DNA from: Candidatus Fimenecus sp.
GTDB taxonomy: Bacteria; Bacillota; Clostridia; Oscillospirales; Acutalibacteraceae
Assembly (NCBI GenBank): GCA_045591625.1
Contig: JAZNTF010000096.1
Span: 1 to 41,385 of the forward strand
Reading direction: 5' to 3'
DNA length: 41,385 bases
The translations under genes and the position numbers were made by a program. The first letter of the stretch is position 1; the number at the start of each line of letters is the position of its first letter. The notes beneath the pieces are model-generated. The model was not told the origin of the DNA, did no database searches, and saw only the letters and a program-made list of their open reading frames with translations. Below are positions 36,498 through 41,385 of this stretch, one piece after another.

Positions 36498-36512
36498 AAA
36501 CATAATGAATAT

Positions 36513-36550
36513 AACGACGATGGTAGCAATAAACCACCGTCGTTTTTTGT
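36513..36550 (+). terminator. rho-independent terminator after the peptidase gene
   Basis: Stem AACGACGATGG/CCACCGTCGTT (one mismatch), followed by TTTTTGTT. Confidence 0.65.
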
Positions 36551-36565
36551 TATATGTAATGTTAT

Positions 36566-36934
36566 AAATTATAATTTGTAGGGATGTTGAAATTGTATAT
36601 TCTAGTCTCCCCTTGTCAGGGGAGCTGTCACCGTAAGGTGACTGAGGGGTAGTCAATTTACCGGTTAACTATCTCTCCCTCCGTCAAAATCAAAGATTTT
36701 GACACCTAATTCTCACCTGTCGGTTTGGTCGGTGCTTCTGCTTCGCAGAGGTGTCCACCGGACACCCGCACCCGTGCCCGACCGAGAGCGTGTTGTTTAC
36801 TAGGGACAGGCACGGAGACCTGCCCCTACAACGGACCACAATGGATAAGATTTATAATTGCGTCGCAGACCTAAAATTATGAATTGCGAATTGCGAACTA
36901 CGAATTTCAACTCCCCGACAAACTCCGATTTGTA
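36566..36934. repeat. GC-rich composite hairpin repeat element, copy B
   Basis: Termini AAATTATAATTTGTAGGGA and TCCCCGACAAACTCCGATTTGTA match copy A. It is a string of short GC hairpins: CTCCCC-TTGTCA-GGGGAG, GTCACC-GTAA-GGTGAC, GTCAAAATC-AAA-GATTTTGAC, TCTGC-TTC-GCAGA, GGTGTCC-ACC-GGACACC and a GTAG-headed hairpin (reverse orientation, 36803-36831). It ends with the tandem GAATTGCGAATTGCGAACTACGAATT. Confidence 0.75.
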
Positions 36935-36967
36935 TTTCCGTTATTTTATTTTTTTAACCTGGTTTTG

Positions 36968-36996
36968 TTGACTTTTGGATGAAAATCTACTATACT
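36968..36996 (+). promoter_or_regulatory. candidate promoter of the methyltransferase/lipid-kinase block
   Basis: TTGACT (36968-36973), 17-nt spacer, TATACT (36991-36996). Confidence 0.55.
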
Positions 36997-37027
36997 ACAC
37001 ATGAATAAAATAAAATGGAGTAGTTTG

Positions 37028-38143
37028 ATGTTAATTAAATTTTCTGCACCTTGTCTTTTAGGTTTAGAAGGACTTGTTGCACAAGAATTACGAGATATGG
37101 GAGCTTTGAATGTTGAGGCAAACAACGGCAGAGTAGATTTCGAGGGTGACGAAAACATCCTTGCCCGTGCTAATATATGCTCACGATATAGTGAAAGAAT
37201 CTTAATCCGCCTTGGTGAATTCAGAGCCGTAACATTTGAACAGCTTTTTCAGGGGGTTAAAAAGCTTCCTTGGGAAGAATGGGTTGGAAAGCTGGATGCT
37301 TTTCCTGTTAAAGGATATTCACTTAATTCAAAGCTTTTTTCAGTTAGTGACTGTCAGGCAATTATCAAAAAGGCAGTTGTTGAAAGACTTAAAGAAAAAT
37401 ACAAAATTTCTTGGTTCGATGAAACGGGTCCGATTCATCAGATACAGTTTTCAATTATGAAGGATATTGTAACTGTGTTTATTGATACCTCCGGAGTAGG
37501 ACTTCACAAGAGAGGATATAGACCTGTTTCAAATTCAGCACCAATCAAAGAAACCTTGGCGGCTGCTATGGCAGAATTGGCAAGGCTCCGTCATTACCAC
37601 ACACTTTATGATGTTACTTGTGGCTCAGGTACAATTCTTATTGAAGGTGCTATGAAAGCACTTAATATTGCACCGGGTCTTAAGCGTTCATTTATCTCTG
37701 AGAGATTTGAAAATATAGATTCTTCCGTTTGGCAGGAAGAAAGAATGAGAGCAACAGATGCTGTAATTCAGGATGCTGACTTTATGGCTTATGGCTCTGA
37801 TATTGATTTCAATGCACTACAGATTGCTCGTGAAAATGCAAGACGAGCAGGAGTGGGAATGAAGATTGACCTTTCTAAGAAGGATTTAAAGGATTTTGCC
37901 CGTAAAAGTGAAAAGGGTACAGTGATTTGTAACCCACCTTATGGTGAAAGAATGCTTGATATTCAGGCTGCTGAGGAAATTTACAGAACAATGGGAAAAA
38001 TCTTTAATCCGGAGCGCGGATGGGCATACTATATTATCAGTCCTGACGAGGAATTTGAAAAATGCTTTGGCAGAAAAGCCGATAAACGACGTAAGCTTTA
38101 TAACGGTATGATTAAATGCCAGTTATATATGTATTACAAATAA
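37028..38143 (+). CDS. THUMP-domain class I SAM-dependent RNA methyltransferase (YpsC / RlmL N-terminal-half like)
   Basis: 371 aa from ATG 37028 (GGAG RBS). THUMP-like N-terminus, then DVTCGSGTILIE and the NPPYGER motif. Confidence 0.8.
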   Translation: MLIKFSAPCLLGLEGLVAQELRDMGALNVEANNGRVDFEGDENILARANICSRYSERILIRLGEFRAVTFEQLFQGVKKLPWEEWVGKLDAFPVKGYSLNSKLFSVSDCQAIIKKAVVERLKEKYKISWFDETGPIHQIQFSIMKDIVTVFIDTSGVGLHKRGYRPVSNSAPIKETLAAAMAELARLRHYHTLYDVTCGSGTILIEGAMKALNIAPGLKRSFISERFENIDSSVWQEERMRATDAVIQDADFMAYGSDIDFNALQIARENARRAGVGMKIDLSKKDLKDFARKSEKGTVICNPPYGERMLDIQAAEEIYRTMGKIFNPERGWAYYIISPDEEFEKCFGRKADKRRKLYNGMIKCQLYMYYK

Positions 38144-38156
38144 TTAGGAGAATTTT

Positions 38157-39083
38157 ATGAAACACATTTTTGTTGTAAATCCTGTATCAGGTAAGGGCAA
38201 AAACGCGAAGAATTATATCCCTACAATTGAAAAGTACATTAAGGAAAAAGGTTTAAACGCTGATATTTATGTAACAAACTCTCAGAATGACGGTATGCGT
38301 TATGTTGAGAAGATTGCACAAAAAGGTGAACCTGTTCGTTTCTACTCATGTGGCGGTGACGGAACACTTTACGAAATCGTAAACGGATGCTATAAGTATT
38401 CTAATTGTGAGGTTGCTAACATTCCGTTGGGCTCAGGTAACGATTTCAGCCGTCTTTTTGGCAGAAATACAAATCTTGACGACCATGTAAACGGTGTGCC
38501 TGTAAAGCTTGACCTTATCGAAACTAACGGAAGAGTTGCTATTAACGAATGCGCTATGGGTGTCGATTCAGAGGTTTGTGCAAGACAGGTTAAGTATAAG
38601 CAGTTGCCGATGGTTAACGGTGAATTGGCGTATACTCTTTCTGCACTCCGTTGTGTTGTGTTCAGCAAAATCAATAATAAATTCAGAATTACAATCGACC
38701 ATGACAAGGTTTATGAGGACGATTTCCTTTTCTGCTATATCGGTAACTCCCGTTGGTACGGCGGCGGATATATGGCTGCTCCAGGTGCTATGCCTAATGA
38801 CGGTCTTATCGATTGTGTTATGGTAAGATATACAAAGGAAGTTGCAAAAAAAGGTCCTTTGGGTCTTCTTCCTTTGCTTAATAAATATAAGAACGGTGAA
38901 CACCTTAACTGGGATTTTACTAAGCTTGTTCATTGTAAGCATGTGAAGATTGAAAGCAAGAATCCTGCGGCAGTTAATGTTGACGGTGAATGTGAATATG
39001 TTACTGAACGCGAATTTCAGCTTTTGGAGGGCGCAATCACATTTGTTGTTCCTCGTGGTTCAAAATTCCTTGAATTGATATAA
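38157..39083 (+). CDS. diacylglycerol kinase catalytic-domain family lipid kinase (YegS/DagK/BmrU-like)
   Basis: 308 aa. Contains FVVNPVSGKGK, CGGDGTLYEIVNG and IPLGSGNDF. Confidence 0.82.
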   Translation: MKHIFVVNPVSGKGKNAKNYIPTIEKYIKEKGLNADIYVTNSQNDGMRYVEKIAQKGEPVRFYSCGGDGTLYEIVNGCYKYSNCEVANIPLGSGNDFSRLFGRNTNLDDHVNGVPVKLDLIETNGRVAINECAMGVDSEVCARQVKYKQLPMVNGELAYTLSALRCVVFSKINNKFRITIDHDKVYEDDFLFCYIGNSRWYGGGYMAAPGAMPNDGLIDCVMVRYTKEVAKKGPLGLLPLLNKYKNGEHLNWDFTKLVHCKHVKIESKNPAAVNVDGECEYVTEREFQLLEGAITFVVPRGSKFLELI

Positions 39084-39090
39084 AATAGTG

Positions 39091-39130
39091 GGCGTAGGTT
39101 TTTAACGAAGCCTACGCTGTTGTTATTTAT
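39091..39130 (+). terminator. candidate terminator after the lipid kinase gene
   Basis: Stem GGCGTAGG/CCTACGC(T), followed by the T-rich GTTGTTATTTAT. Confidence 0.45.
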
Positions 39131-39144
39131 AAAGGATAATAATT

Positions 39145-39894
39145 ATGTATAACTTTTTTGTCGATGAAAACCAAAAACTGAATGATAAATATGTAATAAC
39201 AGGAACGGATTTCAATCATATAAAAAATGTTCTTCGTATGACCGTCGGTGACACGTTTCTTGTAAGTGAAAACGGTGTCAGTAACCTTTGCGAAATTGAA
39301 GATTTTTCAGAAGATTCCGTTATTGCAAAAATAATTGAGGAAAACTATAACGACACAAACCTTCCTATAAAGATTTATCTTTTTCAGGGGCTTCCAAAAG
39401 GCGATAAGATGGAATTGATTATCCAGAAAACTGTTGAGCTTGGCGTGGAAGGAATTATCCCTGTTGAAATGAATCGTTGTGTTGTAAAGCTTGATGACAA
39501 GAAGAAGAAAAGCAAGGTAAGTCGTTGGCAGACTATTTCCGAAAGTGCAGCAAAACAGAGTAAACGAAACACAATTCCCGAAATTTATGATGTACTTACA
39601 TATAAACAGACTATGGAAAAAGCAAGGGAAATGGATTTCTTTTTAGTGCCTTATGAAAGCAAAAACGGAATGGAAGATACAAAAACTGCCCTTTCTCAAA
39701 TTAAAAATGGTATGTCGGTTGGCATTTTAATAGGTCCTGAAGGCGGATTTGACGAAAAAGAAGTTGAAATTGCATTTGAAAACGGCGGAAAAGTTGTTTC
39801 TCTTGGAAAAAGAATTCTCCGTACAGAAACTGCTGCCATAACATCTGTTTCAATGTGTATGCTACACGCTGAAATGTATTTGGGTGACGAATAA
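39145..39894 (+). CDS. rsmE: 16S rRNA (uracil1498-N3)-methyltransferase
   Basis: 249 aa. PUA-like N-terminus, ...KMELIIQKTVELGV... and the SPOUT C-terminus GPEGGF...SLG.RILR.ETA. Confidence 0.88.
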   Translation: MYNFFVDENQKLNDKYVITGTDFNHIKNVLRMTVGDTFLVSENGVSNLCEIEDFSEDSVIAKIIEENYNDTNLPIKIYLFQGLPKGDKMELIIQKTVELGVEGIIPVEMNRCVVKLDDKKKKSKVSRWQTISESAAKQSKRNTIPEIYDVLTYKQTMEKAREMDFFLVPYESKNGMEDTKTALSQIKNGMSVGILIGPEGGFDEKEVEIAFENGGKVVSLGKRILRTETAAITSVSMCMLHAEMYLGDE

Positions 39895-41246
39895 TGAAAC
39901 AATTACCAATTGAATTTCAGGAGAGAATGAAAAATCTTTTAGGTGACGAGTATGACGACTTTTTAAAGTCCTACGACGAAAAGCCTGTAAGAGCTTTTCG
40001 TGTGAATACGGATAAAATTTCTCTTGAGGACTTTCAAAAACTGAACATATTTTCAAATGACAAAATTCCTTACGTGGAAAACGGTTTTTATTTTGATTAT
40101 GACGGAATAGGCAATCATCCTTATCACCATGCAGGAATGTTCTATATTCAGGAACCTGCTGCAATGGTGCCGGTTGAAAGCATTGATATAGAGCCCGAAT
40201 GGAAAGTCCTTGACTTGTGCGCAGCACCAGGTGGTAAAAGCAGTCAGATTAAAAATAAATTGGGTGAAAACGGAATTCTTGTTTCAAATGAATTTGTTCC
40301 GTCAAGATGTAAAATTCTTACGGGAAATATGGAACGAATGGGCTTTAAAAATGTTGTTACAACCTGTATGCATCCACGGAAGTTATCAAAAGAGTTTCCT
40401 GAAACCTTCGATATGATTATGGTTGATGCACCTTGTTCAGGTGAAGGAATGTTCCGTAAGGAAGAAATCGCAATCGACGAATGGACTCCTGAAAATGTGA
40501 AGATGTGTGCCGAAAGACAGGCTGAAATTCTTGATTGTGCAGTAGAGATGCTTAAGAATGGCGGATATATTGTCTATTCAACTTGTACCTTTTCATTGGA
40601 AGAGAATGAAATGACAGTCAATGCATTTTTAGAACGACATCCTGAATTTGAAATAATTCCTGTGACGGAAACAGTAAGAGAAAACACTGCAGATGGAATA
40701 AAATTTGATGGATGTAAATGCGAAAACATTCATTATACTCGTCGTTGTTATCCTCATAAGACAAAAGGTGAAGGTCAGTTTGTTGCAGTTTTAAAGTATA
40801 GTGAGTGTAATAAGGAGTATTTTTCAGTGAATTTCGGTAAAGAAAAACACGATAAGGTGCTTATAGATTTCCTTAATGACACACTTGTTGAGTATGATGA
40901 AAGAAACGTGCAGATTTATAACGGAAATCCCGTGTATTTCACACCAGATTTTCCTATAAGAAAAGGCAGTGCATTTGCCTGTGGTGTGACAATCGGTGAA
41001 ATTCGTAAGAATTATATTCAACCACATCATCAGTTTTTTATGGCTATGGGAAAAAATTTCAAACGAAAAATCAATCTATCAGCAGAAAGTGAAGAAATTA
41101 AAAAGTATCTTCACGGAGAAGAATTCAATACGGGTTGTCCTAATGGATGGGCAGTAGTAATGGTTGACGGTTGCAGCGTCGGTGGAGTAAAAGTTTCAAA
41201 TGGCAGAGCAAAAAACCATTATCCAAAGGGATTACGAACAAAATAA
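39894..41246 (+). CDS. NOL1/NOP2/Sun family rRNA m5C methyltransferase, RsmF/YebU-like with C-terminal extension
   Basis: 450 aa. Contains YIQEPAAM, DLCAAPGGKS, DAPCSGEGMFRK and YSTCT. The start overlaps the rsmE stop (ATAATG). Confidence 0.85.
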   Translation: MKQLPIEFQERMKNLLGDEYDDFLKSYDEKPVRAFRVNTDKISLEDFQKLNIFSNDKIPYVENGFYFDYDGIGNHPYHHAGMFYIQEPAAMVPVESIDIEPEWKVLDLCAAPGGKSSQIKNKLGENGILVSNEFVPSRCKILTGNMERMGFKNVVTTCMHPRKLSKEFPETFDMIMVDAPCSGEGMFRKEEIAIDEWTPENVKMCAERQAEILDCAVEMLKNGGYIVYSTCTFSLEENEMTVNAFLERHPEFEIIPVTETVRENTADGIKFDGCKCENIHYTRRCYPHKTKGEGQFVAVLKYSECNKEYFSVNFGKEKHDKVLIDFLNDTLVEYDERNVQIYNGNPVYFTPDFPIRKGSAFACGVTIGEIRKNYIQPHHQFFMAMGKNFKRKINLSAESEEIKKYLHGEEFNTGCPNGWAVVMVDGCSVGGVKVSNGRAKNHYPKGLRTK

Positions 41247-41385
41247 ATCGGAGTTTGTCGGGATACTTGATATGTTCCAGAAACCTTGTAGGGTCGGGTC
41301 TCTGTGCCCGACCGCAAATAACATATAAACTATCGGGCAGGCACGGGTGCGGGTGTCCTGTGGACACCTCTGCGAAGCAGAAGCA
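41245..41385. repeat. GC-rich composite hairpin repeat element, copy C, inverted relative to copy B and truncated by the window end
   Basis: It starts at the stop codon of the preceding gene with AAATCGGAGTTTGTCGGGA, the reverse complement of the A/B right terminus. It contains a GTAG-headed hairpin at 41284-41312. Positions 41340-41385 are the reverse complement of 36733-36778 with one mismatch. Confidence 0.75.

Noticed and set aside
36880-36906. Short tandem GAATTGCGAATTGCGAACTACGAATT (and CTGCATTCTGAATTCTGCACTCTGCATTC at 517-547) as a possible CRISPR or microsatellite.
   Set aside because: There are only 3-4 imperfect 8-9-nt units with no spacers and no cas genes. They are treated as an internal module of the GC-rich repeat family.

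Overview
AT-rich chromosomal segment of Firmicutes/Clostridia type with about 40 genes, no transposase, integrase, CRISPR array or obvious defence genes. Left part (1-7.9 kb): a T-box leader on the minus strand, a GPH sugar symporter, an SDR+MFS operon, an intact desulfoferrodoxin next to a decayed ahpC/ahpF-like remnant, a solitary tRNA-Ala(GGC) and an alpha/beta hydrolase. Middle (6.9-18.2 kb): one tightly packed 8-gene minus-strand block. It joins an ABC-exported phospho-glycopolymer machinery (ABC-2 permease, ATPase, two tandem Stealth paralogs, a GT2-TagF fusion) to yhcH-sdaA-GH43-like genes. A divergent GT2 and a NahK-like sugar kinase sit beside it. Right part (18.3-41.4 kb): housekeeping pyrH-frr-uppS-cdsA-dxr-rseP-ispG-polC, a hisZGDCBAIE operon with no hisH/hisF, an M20 peptidase, and a THUMP-methyltransferase/lipid-kinase/rsmE/rsmF-like block. 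Points most worth a second look: (1) polC is one clean 1260-aa ORF that lacks the whole DEDDh 3'-5' exonuclease insertion of canonical PolC. (2) A 162-bp long-palindrome MITE-like element occurs twice, after polC and inside the his operon, each copy overlapping the upstream stop codon. (3) A second family of GC-rich composite hairpin repeats includes a GTAG-headed hairpin with compensatory stem changes (REP-like), and two inverted copies bracket a 4-gene block. (4) The Stealth/TagF/ABC glycopolymer locus has an unusual operon extension. All functional calls rest on motif recognition by eye; no database search was run.
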